Positions 15,501 through 27,700 of a stretch of 47,524 nucleotides of DNA are shown in pieces; the stretch's first letter is position 1, and each line of letters opens with the position of its first letter. The notes beneath the pieces were generated by a model that ran no database searches, was not told the origin of the DNA, and was given only the letters and a program-made list of their open reading frames with translations. Made by a program: the position numbers and the translations under genes. Source of the DNA: an uncultured Candidatus Saccharibacteria bacterium (GTDB lineage: Bacteria; Patescibacteriota; Minisyncoccia; Minisyncoccales; CAZJYT01); the NCBI GenBank assembly GCA_964550325.1, contig CAZJYT010000001.1, forward strand, positions 1 to 47,524, written 5' to 3'.

Positions 15501-15771
15501 CTTGTTCTGGTTCTGTTTCTACATCTATTACCGATTTGCTATTGTCAATTTCTTCAGCAAAGTTAAGAATCAGATAGTTAATTGGATTTTGCTTGAATAT
15601 CTGATCTATAGAGAGTTTAGAATCAGGTTCATAGACACTTGCTGGGCTCTCAAAAAAGTTTGCAAGGTCTGGGTTTCCAAAAAGAAAAGTAAATACAGCC
15701 TGCTTTATGGTCTTATTATAGGCTAAACTTACAGACTCATTTTTTATTACCTCTGAGACTATTTTTTCCAT
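12538..15771 (-). CDS. multidomain protein: N-terminal ~560-aa domain (portal candidate by size and position only) + ASCH-like domain + ATP-dependent DNA ligase
   Basis: 1077 aa. Ligase motifs are listed in the domain feature. ASCH-like aa ~585-700 (LYLVEPHAKMILKGDKLLIVKSKKF...YGLIKIEAIF...YYYLFTFYPF). 3-nt gap to the giant ORF and 8-nt overlap with the next ORF. Confidence 0.7.
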   Translation of the reverse strand: MEKIVSEVIKNESVSLAYNKTIKQAVFTFLFGNPDLANFFESPASVYEPDSKLSIDQIFKQNPINYLILNFAEEIDNSKSVIDVETEPEQEPYLSFAEFLELRLKEIHHKSKKDSLIKNLTINLLTEGLVVAYLNKDKYEIIKPSEFFVGHPKEPFLEKQPFVVRKTYLTASKFASLLEKDKQNRILSYYKPDDEICVFVVYSKDDRKKYWIPKGLNEIVKEFPFDGDYPFRVCADRETLETFYPIPLVLKIYPTLKENQEFKEFLSNHFKRMCSGIITIDKEARINQDLLNFALRENFRNIVLEKSRDGNIDVIKPPEIPVEELKLIQDQDLEIQKHIGILDYFLGKGGSVREKGAMSLVFSGALRRIKSKANLLLRFFEEIDEYYLNKFLKENKLAFDGKTISEYFNKAIFRPKEKFIGFSNEDPEKLSALVLRKYKGGLLSKRRALRELGEERVNTLIREIEKEREEMLRQELELKEKYAQEIKGEDIISQIEKRVKSQTDIYELVKTPEGKIEVRVLPKDVVRVSFALADYSDLVRIRKLVEEKKKEEETLASSKEEKLKEIQNLIRLTLKYRKTIPYKSVYENLPILYLVEPHAKMILKGDKLLIVKSKKFDIVGKIFRLAGDKVYGLIKIEAIFRNLDFDKTQKWHRVSRKEAKRWWKGFPQRTLYYYLFTFYPFPKSIEYKLKKGVQTFQKGEDKNKKLIEELKEELIKVTGEASIQEGDLKKIKIKPFVVPPPHKPEKKALSSNEVFSIERLKEIVPEGTYDVSPKWDGMLAYCWKKGKDIRFFSETGGKISNSRIEPIVKTLSKVRHDFLIVGEIIAEKIPRQNLVGYLHSKKKPTKEELESVRFPVWDLLYLDGEDLSNKPFSDRSFLLGKLLKNLKSKYVFKTPSVVVKRNQIPDAIKKMQSNEGAFIRSTEASYWATHLSFKFKKLYDIDAKVIGVERTKTGLPIFHCVLGDGTYIGQTYAQEEVKAKPGDVIRVNVQHITIRPDGSIGWYAPRPKSQKAKYLKVPSKTQTTVLIGKPDTLALAKEIYLASGGTLEEWKKWLPKFAIWRKTKMKKIIEEIKKKYG
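12742..13569 (-). other. ATP-dependent DNA ligase catalytic + OB domains (aa ~735-1010 of ORF 12538-15771)
   Basis: Motif I SPKWDG (Lys774), III FLIVGEII, IIIa FPVWDLLYLDGEDL, IV EGAFIRS, V LSFKFKK, then an OB-like region (DAKVIGVER...GDVIRVNVQHIT...GWYAPRP). Confidence 0.85.
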
Positions 15772-15774
15772 AAA

Positions 15775-18700
15775 TTAGTAGAAAGAGCCAATATAACCTA
15801 TGAGAGGCTTCTTAAAGCTTCTTCCTTCTAAAAATGCCAATTCTTTGATTGCTCTGTCAAGTTCCTTTTTAAGTAAAGGAAGTCTTTCCAAGTCTTTCTC
15901 TTTAAGTCTATTTATAGCAATCATCCTTTGTTCAAAGTATCTTTCCCAATCAGCCTTATTCCAGTTTCCTTTATCTCTCCATATCTTGTATTTCTTAAAG
16001 ATTCTTCTCACTCTCTCTTCAACATCACTGGGTAAATTGTATCTTCCAAATTTACTTATCTTCTCTAAAGCCCATCTTAAATCTGGTTGGAATCTCATCT
16101 CTATTCTTTCTCCTTCTTCAATAAATCTTCTTAAGGGATATTTAACAAGATAAGACTTTTCAGGATGAACAGTAAGATACTTAGACTTTGCCCAATCAGG
16201 AAGACTTCTGAAATAGAGAACCCCAAACAAAGGATTTTCCTTTGCTAATCTTATCCAGTTTTCCATTAGCATCCTGTATATCTTTTCCTTAAACCAGTAT
16301 CCTTCATCTGTTTCTGGAACCTTCCAGAACTCCTTAAAGAGTTTCTTACTTACCAATCTACTTAACAACTCACAAGGCTCCTTCTGAAGTATTTCTCTTA
16401 CCTCATTTACCCTCTTTTCCCAAGGTTTGAACCTTCTTCTGTCAAAGAAATAACTTCTTGGTAAAGCCCAAATCTCCCAGAAGTCTAAAAGTTCTGGATG
16501 CTTGTTAAGAAATTCTTCTCTCTCTCCTAAAGTCTCCTTTCTAAAGTATTCCTCCTGTAGGTCAATGAGTTTTGAGAAAAGAGGATGCTGCTTCTTTCTA
16601 AAGTATTCCTTTAGTTCTGGGTTTTCTTTTAGATAGTTCTTTCTTTCTTCTAAAGTTCCTAAAGAGAAGTAGTGTTCTATCATTCTTTCTAATGTGGTTT
16701 TTACTCCTTCCTCTTTCTTGAGATATCTAAAGATTTCTATATTCTCCTCTCTAAATCTTTCTCTCATTAAATAGAACCTTCTTAAACTCTCTAAACTCTT
16801 TCTATCAGGTTTAGATTTTACATCAGGAGCCTCTAAAAGAAGTTTCTGATACTGATAATACTTCTCATAAGCCTCTCTTCTCTTTGGTTCCAGATCTTCC
16901 TTAAAGGATTCTCTTAATTCTGGATGTTCTTCAAGGAAAAGGAACCTTTTAAGATTGTCTTCAAATGTTTCTTTGGGCAAACTGAAATACTCCATTCTAT
17001 CCAAATAGAGTTGCTTCTTCTCTGGATGTTTTTCAAAGAATCTCTCTCTGTATTTCTTATTGTCTTTTCTCCAGAAGTAAGCCTGCCATAAGTCCCAATT
17101 CTCTATCCTTGCCAATGCAGAAAGTCTCTTCCAGAATAGCAGATAGTTGTATGTATCTGGATCCTTCTTTTTAAGTTCCTCTCTTAAAGGCTTAAATTCA
17201 GGCTTCCAGAAGAGTTTAAATCTCTCATCTATCTTTCCTTCTTTGAAGAGTTTATAGAATTCCTCGTAATACTGAATCTTCAATCCTCTTAAGTATGGAT
17301 CTTTCTTTAGATAGGTTTTCTTAAACATAGGAGAAGTTTTAAGGAAAGCCTCTATAAATTCAATAAAGTTTTCCTTTTTTAGAAGTTTATTCCAAGTCTT
17401 ATAGTATTCTTCCTTTTCAGGATGAGTTTTGAAATACATTTCTCTTTCCTTCTTATAGGAAGAATCATAGAAAACTCTCTTCCAGTTTTTCCAATCTCCT
17501 TTGAAAGCAAAGTTAATCCATCTTCCAAGCCATTCATAATATCTTTTCTTTTCTGGATGTCTCTTATAGTATCTCTCTCTGTATTTCTTATTCCTCTCTG
17601 CAAAGAACTCATTTCTCCATCCTTCCCAGTTCTCTTTTTCTGCTAAAAGGGATAATCTTCTCCAAAAGAGTAGATAATTATACTCCTCTGGCTTTCTTTT
17701 CTTCAAATCTTCTCTCAATTCTTTAAATCTATCCTCCCAAAAGAGATCAAAGGTTTCATCTACCTTTCCTTGATCAAGGAGTTCTATAAACCTCTTATAA
17801 TATTCAATCCTTAGACTTCTAATAGCAGGATCTTTCTTAAGATAGAGTTTTCTAAACCATCCTTCAGTTGCTAAGAAGGCTCTAACATAGTCTTCAAACT
17901 CCTTTGTCTTAATGATTTTAATCAATTCAGCCCACTTTTCATAGTATTTTTTCTTCTGTGGATAGTGCGAAAAGTAGGTTTCTCTCTGTTTTTTGTATTT
18001 AGAATCCCAGAATACTTTCTTCCATCCTTCCCAGTCTTCTTTAGAAGCAAAACTCACCCATTTCTGTATCCATTCGTAATATCTCTTCTTTTCTGGATGC
18101 CTCTTAAAGTAAGTTTCTCTCTGTTTGTTGTATTTTCCAGACCAGAAGATATTTCTCCAGGCATTCCATTCATCTCTTGAAGCCTCTCTCATCCAGTTCA
18201 TTACCCAATCCAAATAAGCAAAGGATTCTGGCTGGTCTTTAGCAAAAGCCTCTTTTGCCTTCTTATTCCTTGGATTAAACCACCATCTTAAGGCAAAATT
18301 GGTAAAGATTCCTCTCTTTCGGTTTTCATTATCCTTCTTAAATCTCCTTAAGAGTTCTCTCTTAAAGGGATAATAGAGTCTCTTTAAGGGATGATTAAAG
18401 AAGTAATAACTGATAAACCAAGATGGCATCTGATAGAACCTCTCATAGTAGTCATATCCTCCAGTTCTTTCCATCTCTCTTATCAATTTTTCCCAGAGTT
18501 CTAGGTATTTCTTAATCCTTCTCTCAAATTCCTTATTATAGGCTGCTTTTCCTCTTTCCCATCTTGCCTTTTCTTCTTTTGTAAGAACCTGGTCTAAATA
18601 GCGGAGAGCCTTTTCATAGATTCTTCTCTTTTCTTCTTTTGGAAGTAAAGCAAAATCAGAGGGGAAGAAACTAAAGAATCCTGCTAACTTTATTGAGTAA

Positions 18701-21700
18701 CGAGCATCTGCTTCTCTCTTTCTCTGCTTTTCTAATCTTGACATCATTAAGTAATCGTGGTAATTCTGCTCTGCATTTCTTTCTGCATCTTTCAAAAGAC
18801 TTTCAGGAAGTTTGTATCTCTCTAATAGAATCTCAAGTTGTTCTTTAGAAAGAATCTTAAGGTTTCCTTCAGAATCAAAGAGTTCATAGTATAACTGGTC
18901 ATAATCAAAGATAGGCCAAGGAATATCAATTCCTAAGGCATTGTATCTTAAGTGCTTTTCTTTTTGTTCCTTCTTTGTTCCTTTAGGAAGTTTCTTTAAA
19001 ATTTCATAGACAATAGATCTTAATTTCTGATTCTGAACAAAGATATGTCTTCTAACAGCAAAAGGAGAAAAGGAGTTTTTAAAGTAATCTTCAAACTCCT
19101 TCTTTAATTCAGGATGTTTCTCAAGGAATCTTGCTCCTGCTCCTTTTTCTTCTTCTTCTAATCTGAAGTAGAGATTCACAATAAATCTTTGCTGATACTG
19201 CTTCCAGAGTTTCTGTCTCTTAATAGGATCCTTTTCTGTAAGTATCTTATAAATTGTCCTTCTTGTGGCTACTCGATGGAGTTTTTCTAAAAGTTGAGGA
19301 TCCCTTATCAAGGCTTCTTTCATCCTTTTATCTATCCAATCATAGATCTCCCAGACAAAAGGATCTCTTTTTCTAATTCTTTTAGCAAAGTCATAATAGA
19401 TATCGTGAGGAATTGAGAAATAGAACTGGGAAGCAATAGCCCAGTCATCCCATTCTAAGATGTTCAAACCCAATCCCTTCAAAAACTCTCTAAAAGAAGG
19501 GTTCTTAAAGATAGACAGGTCTTCTAGAGTAGTTCTTCTAAATGAATCTTGTAACTTAAAGAATACTGGAGCAAAAGGAACACTCTGAAGGATAGAGAGC
19601 CAAGGTTTCTGCCACCATTTCTTTGCCTCCTTTCTTTCTTTTTTATAGATTTCTAATCTTTCTATTTCCTCATCTGAATATCCTCTCTCTTTGTATTCTG
19701 TTTCAAAATCCCAGAAATCCTTTCCTGTTGCTGTTTCTATGGCAGAGGAAATAGCAGGATGCCAACCCAAACCTGCAAATAGATGTAATGGATTGTGGAT
19801 AAACTTTCTGGCTACTTCATCAGGCTTAAAGAATAGATCCAAAACATCAAATACAGAGAAGGGAAGACCAATCCAGAGGTCTGTTCCTGGAATCCTTACC
19901 CGAGGAACCAACTTTGCCCATTCTGGTAGATTTCCTTCTTTTTCTGCTTCTTCTAATGCCTTAAAGAGATAGTAATAGGCTCCATAGACCTTAAGACCAT
20001 ACCTTTGAGGAATCTCACGAGCAAAGAGTTCAAGGTTTTTTACATTAAAGGCAAGGAAAGGAAAGAGTCTTCTTAAACTCCTAAAGACCAAATTCATATC
20101 ACTGTAATCAAACAGATACTTCTTTGTCTCCATTGCTGCTTTGGCAATATCATAACCTCTCTTTGCTAACAGAGAATCAAAGAGAATCAGTCTTCTTGCC
20201 TCTTCAAGGAATACAGAGAAAAGTTGAACTTCGTGATTAAAGAGTTTTAAGAATCCTAAATCCTTTGCCAAGGTTTCAAAGGGTTTTCTCAGTTTTTCAG
20301 GTAAAACCTCTTTGGTGCTCTTTGGAAGCCATCCATTTCTAATTAGCATTTTCATTCTTGCTCCTACGTTTCCTGGGTCTTCGAATAACCCAGACAATCC
20401 TCCTGACATAGCAAACTTCTTTACATCCTCAAATTCTTCTGGCTCTATAAGACCTCTTACTCTTCTAATACCTAATTCTGAATACCACTTTTTCAAACTC
20501 TCTGGTAGATATTCTTCCCATTCTCGGATTGGTTTATATCTTGATATTTCTTCACTTAATCTTTTTATTTTCTCTTTCATACTTTCTCCTTCCTTCCAGA
20601 ACTCAATTCCCATCTTCTTAAGAACAGGTTTTAGTTTCTCCCATTTTCTCTGAACTAAAAGCACCCTTGCTGTTTCTCTTAGTTTTAGTCTCTCCCAGTC
20701 AGAAAGAACCTTTGGAATGAAACGAGCAAATACCGCTTCGTGAAGGTCTAAGGTCTTTAGGAAGTTAGATAGGGAGATTCCAGACCAGGTTGCTCTCTCA
20801 AGATCTCCAGCCAGGTTTCTAACATGCCAACCTAGTCTGTAATAGAGGACCCAAGCAATCCATAAGGAAGTAAGACCCCAATAACTCTTCTTTATAAATG
20901 AAAGTGTTTTTCCTACTGTGGCATAGGTTTTGGCAAAAATCTTCCAGAACTCTTTCTGTGCTCTTGGACCAAAACCAACAGGAACTTCTTCTAAAATCTT
21001 TTCACAAATCTTCTCTTCCAGTTCTTCAAAGGTCCTTCGAGGTGCTGTTTTTCCACTTGAAGCAACCATCCAGGTTTCTAACTCACTCTCAATAGAGGAG
21101 AAAAGCTCTTTTATCTCTCCTTCAGGGATTTTTTTCTCTTTTCCAAATTCTAAGAGTTCCTCATAAAATCTCTTCTTTCCCTGTTTTAGATTCTCAACAA
21201 CAGGTTCAAGTTTGTATTGGAGAGAAATATCAGAAGATAAGGCATAGAGTTTCTGTTTGAGAAGTTGTTTATCTCTGATTTTTAGATATTTCTTTAGTCT
21301 ATCTACAATTTTATCTACAAACAGAGGAAATCCAGAGATGAGATTTACAGAACTCTTAAAGACATAGGTTAATATTTTCTGTTCCAAGGCAATGATATTT
21401 GCCATCTCTCTTGTAATTCTTTCTTCAGACCATCCTTGTTTCTTTAATGCCTCTCTTGTTATTCGGTGCGCTCTTTCAAATATCTTCTCTGCTTTTCTCA
21501 TTATCTGTTTAGAAAAGAACTGTCCTAACCATCTCTGATAGAACTCTCTTGTGCTTATCTTTCCTAAAAGCAGAGAGTTAAGTAAGAAGGAAGGAGGTGC
21601 TCCGAAAGGACCCTCTGAGATACACTCAACAGAGTCCCGAATGGTTCTTAAAGTAATGTCTCTTATGTATTCTCTAAACTCGGATTGGGTTCTGAACTTA

Positions 21701-24700
21701 AAGAAATCAGACTTTAGATGAGGAAATTCCTTTTTAAGTCTTTCTAAACTTGGAGACTTTCCTTTTCCAATCTTAAGAAAGAACACAGGATCTCCTCTTT
21801 TTAACTTCTCTCTTAACTCACTAAACCTTATAGGAACAAATCCCTTTGTTATCTTTGCTATTTCTCTGTCTATTGGTCTTGGTTTTTCAGCCAGAATAAA
21901 GAGCCTATTTCCTTGCTCTCTAATAGCATCTAAAGAAGGAATAACAAAACTGGGAACTCTTTTCATCTTTGGGTCAGTTACAAAGACAACAACATCAGGC
22001 TTTAGTTCATCTACAAGTTCAACCGCCTTTTCTATAAATCCTGATTTCTCCATTCTTTCCAGTTCTTCATTTAGAGAGAATGAATATCTTAATCTTTCAA
22101 TAAAGGTTTTAACTGCTCTTCCAGGTTCTATAGGAATTCCAGGGCTTTCAGGAATAGGAAATGCAGGTTTTAGTCCTCTAATCCAGGAGATTCCTTTTAC
22201 CTTGAGTTCTTTTGCAAAGTTATCAATCTCTTGAAGGGTTTTAAGTTCATTAGGATGAAAGTATTTCTCAAAGAGAATTCTATTTATCTTCTCCTCCCAA
22301 TCTTTTACTGCCTTCTTATATGCTCTATCATCCATTCCTGGTTTTCTTGGAAGTTTAAGATAGACATTCTTACCCTGAAGGATTCTAATCTTTGCCTTAA
22401 GGATCTTCTTTACTTCCTCATCATAAATGGGATCTATTAAAGAGCGATAGAACCTATCAGCAGAAGTTATTCTTCCTGTTTCTACGATTTTTATTCTTCC
22501 AATAGTTCTCTCGAATCCTTTTACTACTAAAGCACCTCTTTCTCTCTTAAATTGAGGTTTGGTCTTTAAAAGAATGCCTTCTGAAAGATCAGGCAAATAG
22601 TATCTGGTTGTAGAGATGATATTTAGATCTTTGTCTAATTCTTTTCTTGTTATTTCTTTCCAATTAAGACCAGGGAGTTTTATTTCTCTTACTAATTCAA
22701 CACTGCTATTGAGTTTAAGTGCCTGGTTTAAGTGATAATTAAAGAGTTCTAAAAATTTCTTTCCTTCCAGATTTCCTTTATAGACATTGTAAAGGTTCTC
22801 TAAAGTAAGGTTCTTTTGAAGGAAACGTCTTCCATCCTCTGTTAGAGAAACGAAATAGAGTTTGTTTATAAAGTCTCTTAAGTCTCTTAAGAATCTAATC
22901 TCTCTTGTTCTTCTTCTGACATAAAGGGTTTCTCCAAGTTTCTTTTCATTTCTCAAAACAGCTTTTAGTTCCTTATAATCTCTATCCAGTATCTTAAATG
23001 AGAGTTCATTTATCTTCTTTGCTAATCCTTTAGAAGACTGAATCTTCCATTCTGCTTCTAAAGCTCTCTTTCCTAAATCCTCAACAAATTCTTCCAAGAA
23101 CCTCTTATTTTCGAGTTTCTTTAACTGATTTTCAGTAAATGTAATTTCTCTTTCTAAAAGTTTATCCAAATAAACCTTCTTTTCTCCTCCAACAAGAACA
23201 TCTTTTTCAGGATTAAAGTCATAGATAAGATTTCTAACAACCTTGAAAGTTTCATTTTTAACAAGAGGAGCAAAGAGGTTTTCAAATCCTTGTCTTATTT
23301 TCCCAAATTCTGGAATAAGTTCTCCTTCTAAAAAGAGATAAGGTAAGTTGTTTATAAATTCTGGGGAATTGATGTTCTTAAAGAAGGAAGTTAGAACTGA
23401 AAGACCTAATTCTCTTCTCTCAATTTCTCCTTTTATTTTCTCCAATTGCTTTTCTACCTTCTTTCCTTCTCTTAACCTTCTTATTAGTTCTTCTCTGCTT
23501 CTTATAAGACTCTCCAGTTCTTCCTTTATCTTTCTTACCTTCTCTAGTTGCTCTCTATAAATGCGAATAGAGTTAAAGACATCTGAAGGTTTTAGTCCAT
23601 AGTTCTCTGCTAAATCAAAACCAAATAGAGAAGATAGTCTTTTAAGTTTCTCATCTAATCTAAATCCTTTTACCTTCTCTACTTTTTCTAATGTCTCTTT
23701 TTCTAACTTCTTTATAACTTCCTTTCTCTTTTTCTGAAACTCTGTGAGTAAAGGATTAATTTCTCCCATTACCTTTCCAAAGGATTCTGAAAGACAATAG
23801 ATTTCTAAAGCCAAATCAACCGAAGAAGCCTTCTTGATATCATCTAAACTCCTTACAAGAGAAGTAATTCCTGTGTTGTCTGCAATTGTCTTAAAGAGGG
23901 TATAGGTGTCTCCAAAGAAGTTTGGATCTACTCCTTTTATCTTCTCTATTCTTCCTTCCTCAAAGAATCTCTTACTTAAAGCCGCTTCTTCTAAAGAGAG
24001 GAGTTTTAGTTCAGAGAGTTTTTTAAGATTTCCTTCTCTTATTGCCTTTGAGACTTCAGAAGGATAAGTGGCTCCTACAAGTTTTCCTTGCTTTTGTTGG
24101 GCTTTTAGTTTCTCAAAGGAAATGTCTTTTGTAATTTCTTGTTTCCTTAAGGGAACGAGAATCCCTTTAGATTCAGCCAATCTTCTTCTCCATTTTGGTC
24201 CTTTAAAGATTACTTCCTGAATAGCGGCTCTCCATCTTAAAGCAATTTCTTCTTCAGTTACTCCTTTCAATTTCAGTCTTTCGGTCTCTAAAAGGGTAAA
24301 GAGTAAGTCTCTAATCTCTTTTTCAGAAAGTTTAAGAGGCTCTATAAGTTCTTTAAGGCTTGGATAGAGAGGATGGAGTTTAAACAAGAGGAAGTTATTC
24401 TTTGCTAACTGATAGAGAATCTCCTTTTCATTTTTCTTCTTAATTTCTGAAAAGAAGACAGCATCAGGAGTGATAATTCTAAACCCTCCTATGAATTTCT
24501 TTTTCTTTTTAAGTTTCCCTAATAGTTTCCTGTAGTTATTAATAACGGTAAATTCAAAGTTTCTTATCTCTTTCCAGTGTTTTATCTTTCTGGAGATACA
24601 GTTGGGATCTTTAAAGAGGTAGAAATAAGGATGAGAGATGAGTTTCTTTGTTTCTTCAGGAATGTATCTTGAAATATCTACTCCCATTTCAATCTCTTTA

Positions 24701-27700
24701 GAAAGGATTTCTCTTGGGAATAGATAAGTAACTGTTTTTCCTTTGAGATTTAAGGATTTGGTCTCAATTCTCTTTATAATATCAACTGTTAATGGCTTTC
24801 TTTCTTTGAATTCAGATTTTAGCCTTTCAGCCAAAACCTCCCAGGTGGCCTCCAGTTTCTCTTTAAAGTATCTCTCCATTTCCTTTTTAGGAAATCTCAT
24901 TGGCCAATAGACCGCTCTCTTGGGGAAAACAAGAGGCACCTTTGCTGGTCTCAAAGAAGCATAGGACTCTAAGAGTTTTACCGTCTTTAGAATAGCACTT
25001 CTCAATTGACTCTTATCTACATCCAATACTCGAATCTGGCAGAATCTTAAAGCGATATCAGGAAGTTCTGAAAACTCTATAAGGTTTCCTTTATAGGCAA
25101 ATTCTTCTGTAAGTTTAATGAACCTCTTTTTGATTTCTGGTTTTTTCTCTAAAAGAAGTTTCTGTAAACTGGAAATCCTTGAAGAAACAAGATTTACCAA
25201 TTGATCAAGTTCCTTTGAGGATTCTAACTCTAACATCTCTGCCCAAGGATGTTTCTCAAAGAAAAGACTCTTAAGAATCTTAAGTTGTTCTAAAGGCAAG
25301 CTTCTTTCTTCTGCTACTCTCTTTAAAGCCTTAAAGAAGATTTCTTTGTTTTCTCCTTTCCAGATTCTTCTTCCTTCTAATACATCTCTGATAATTGCCT
25401 CAAAGACATTCTTATTGTGAGGTTTGGTTAAGGCTTTAACAGTTAGAAGGAAACTTAAGATCAAATCATAAATGTTTGAATCAATAAGTTTCTGCTTTCC
25501 TATGGCCCTTACATAGATGAAACTGGATTTCATTGCTTCTACCGTATCAACTTGAGAAAGAGGCTTGAGTTCGAAGGTAGGATCCTTTTCAAACCTCAAT
25601 AAGACCTCAAAGTGAGGAAACTTTTTATCAATTCCAGAGTGTTTTATCTCTTTTAGAAGTTCCTCAGTTCCTTTGGTCTTTCTAAAGGAAGTCTGAATGA
25701 AGTAAGGAACCTCGTCTTTGGTTTCTTTCTCTAAAGGTTTAAAGATTTCTTTTAGGTCTTTGATTAACAAGCCTAATTTTGTCTTTTGAGCCTCTTGTTG
25801 CTTTAGTTCAGAGATAATAAAGTCTCTTAAGGTAAAAGAGAAACTATTAGAAAGACCTCTTTCTGTTCCTAAAACACTTCCTATTGGAATCTTAAGGAAA
25901 TCATTTACAAACTTATAATTTCCCTTAAATAGACTCTGGAAGATAAGTTCATTAGAGTCTCCAACAGAATTGGGATTGTATCTTATTACCAAAGGCTTAT
26001 GTTCTGATTTTATTCTCTCTTTTAGAGAACTTTGTAAAAATCTTATTCCTCTTTCTCTTTCTGCTATTTCTGCTTTCTCCTTCTCTATTCTTCGTAATAG
26101 TCTCTCATAATCTTTAGTCCCTTTCTTAAGTTTCTTTAGTTTTCTTGTTAATTCTTTTATTTCTGCTTTTCTCTTAAGGAATTTGTCTAAAACAGTTAGG
26201 AATTCATCATATTTCTTAATTAGAACCTTTTCATCTCTTAAAACTCCTTCTAATCTAATTCCTTTTATCTTTGAATCTTTAACAAAGACAAAATCAGGAA
26301 GTTCCTTAAGTAAGAAACCTTTTTCTTCTGCAAGTTTATGAATATCTTTCCAGAGTTTCTGATACTCCATCCAGGCATTATAAACTTTAGGCTCTCTGTT
26401 TTTAATCTCTTTTAGATACTTCTTAAACTCCCAGACCTTTATTTCTCCTTTATTTAGTCTCTCTACCTGATCTGCTATGGTCTTTAAAATGGTAAGTCTC
26501 TCTGATCTTTCTACTGTATCTTTCCCTAAATTCTTAATTATCCTCTTTTCCCTTTCTGTAAATTCTCTCAATCGGCTATTAAGTTCTACATTGTTAAGTT
26601 TTCTTTCTCCTTTAAAGGCTCTTGTTATGCTTTCTGCAACTGTTTTCTCATATTCTCTTGTCAGTTCTTCTGCCTTCCTCTTTAGTGTTTCTTTTGCTTT
26701 TCCTTTTGCTGAAAACTGTTTTAATGCTGTTTCAAAGAGTTCTTTGTTCTTAAAAAGCACTTCAGGCTTAAAGAACTTTCTTATTACTGGATTTTCTATG
26801 TATTCCTCTGGTTGATACCTTAATTCCTTATCTAAACCAACCAATAATCTGGTAAAGTTCTCAACAACCTTTTGATCTTTTTTGCTTAAATTCTTCCACC
26901 ATCCTTTTATAGTCTGATCGACAAGAGCAGGGACTTCTCTTAATTGTCTTTCTATTTCTGAAAAGGCAATTTTGTTAGCAAGAGGTAATTCTCTTCTTAA
27001 AACGTTGGAGAAGATGGTAAGCCTTACATCTTTATCCAAGGCTTTGGCAATTTCAGCAAAGGGAGTTTCTTTAAGTTTGTAGATGTGTTCAATATCCAAA
27101 GGCTTGAATCTGAATAGATTATCAAGTTCTATAGCAGCCATCCCTAATTTTGATTCTCTAACTTTCTTTGCCAGTTTTGGCATTACTTCTCCTAATCTTG
27201 TTCCTGCAATCCATCTTTGGGTTTCACTTACAAGCCTCTTTCCTGTCTTCTTCCAAACTATCTTTGCTGGATTTGTATAGGTTACAGGGTCAGTAATAAT
27301 CCAAGGAAGGAAGTTTATTAATTCCTTACTAATAGGAGCCTTTTCTATTATCTCCTTATGTTCTTTCTTAAAGGCATCAATTATCTCTGCCTCAGTAGCA
27401 TTAAAGGCCTTTAGATAGGTCTTAAACTTCTCAAAACTGGAAAGCTCTTTCCATCCTTTCTTACTTATCTCTGAATTAGCAAAGAAGTTTATTGCTGAAA
27501 GTTTCTCTCCTATAGGAAGTTTCTTAAAGTGTTCTTCTACAGTTTCAAGATCCTTTTTGCTTGAAATTCGTATTCCTTGAGATTCTTCAAAATCATACAA
27601 GGTAGCAAGGAAAGCCCTTCCAACATTTGGCAGTTTCTTCATAAAGAGATCTGAAACCTCTTTAGAGGCAAACCAGCCTAACAATCCTCCTATTCCTGCT

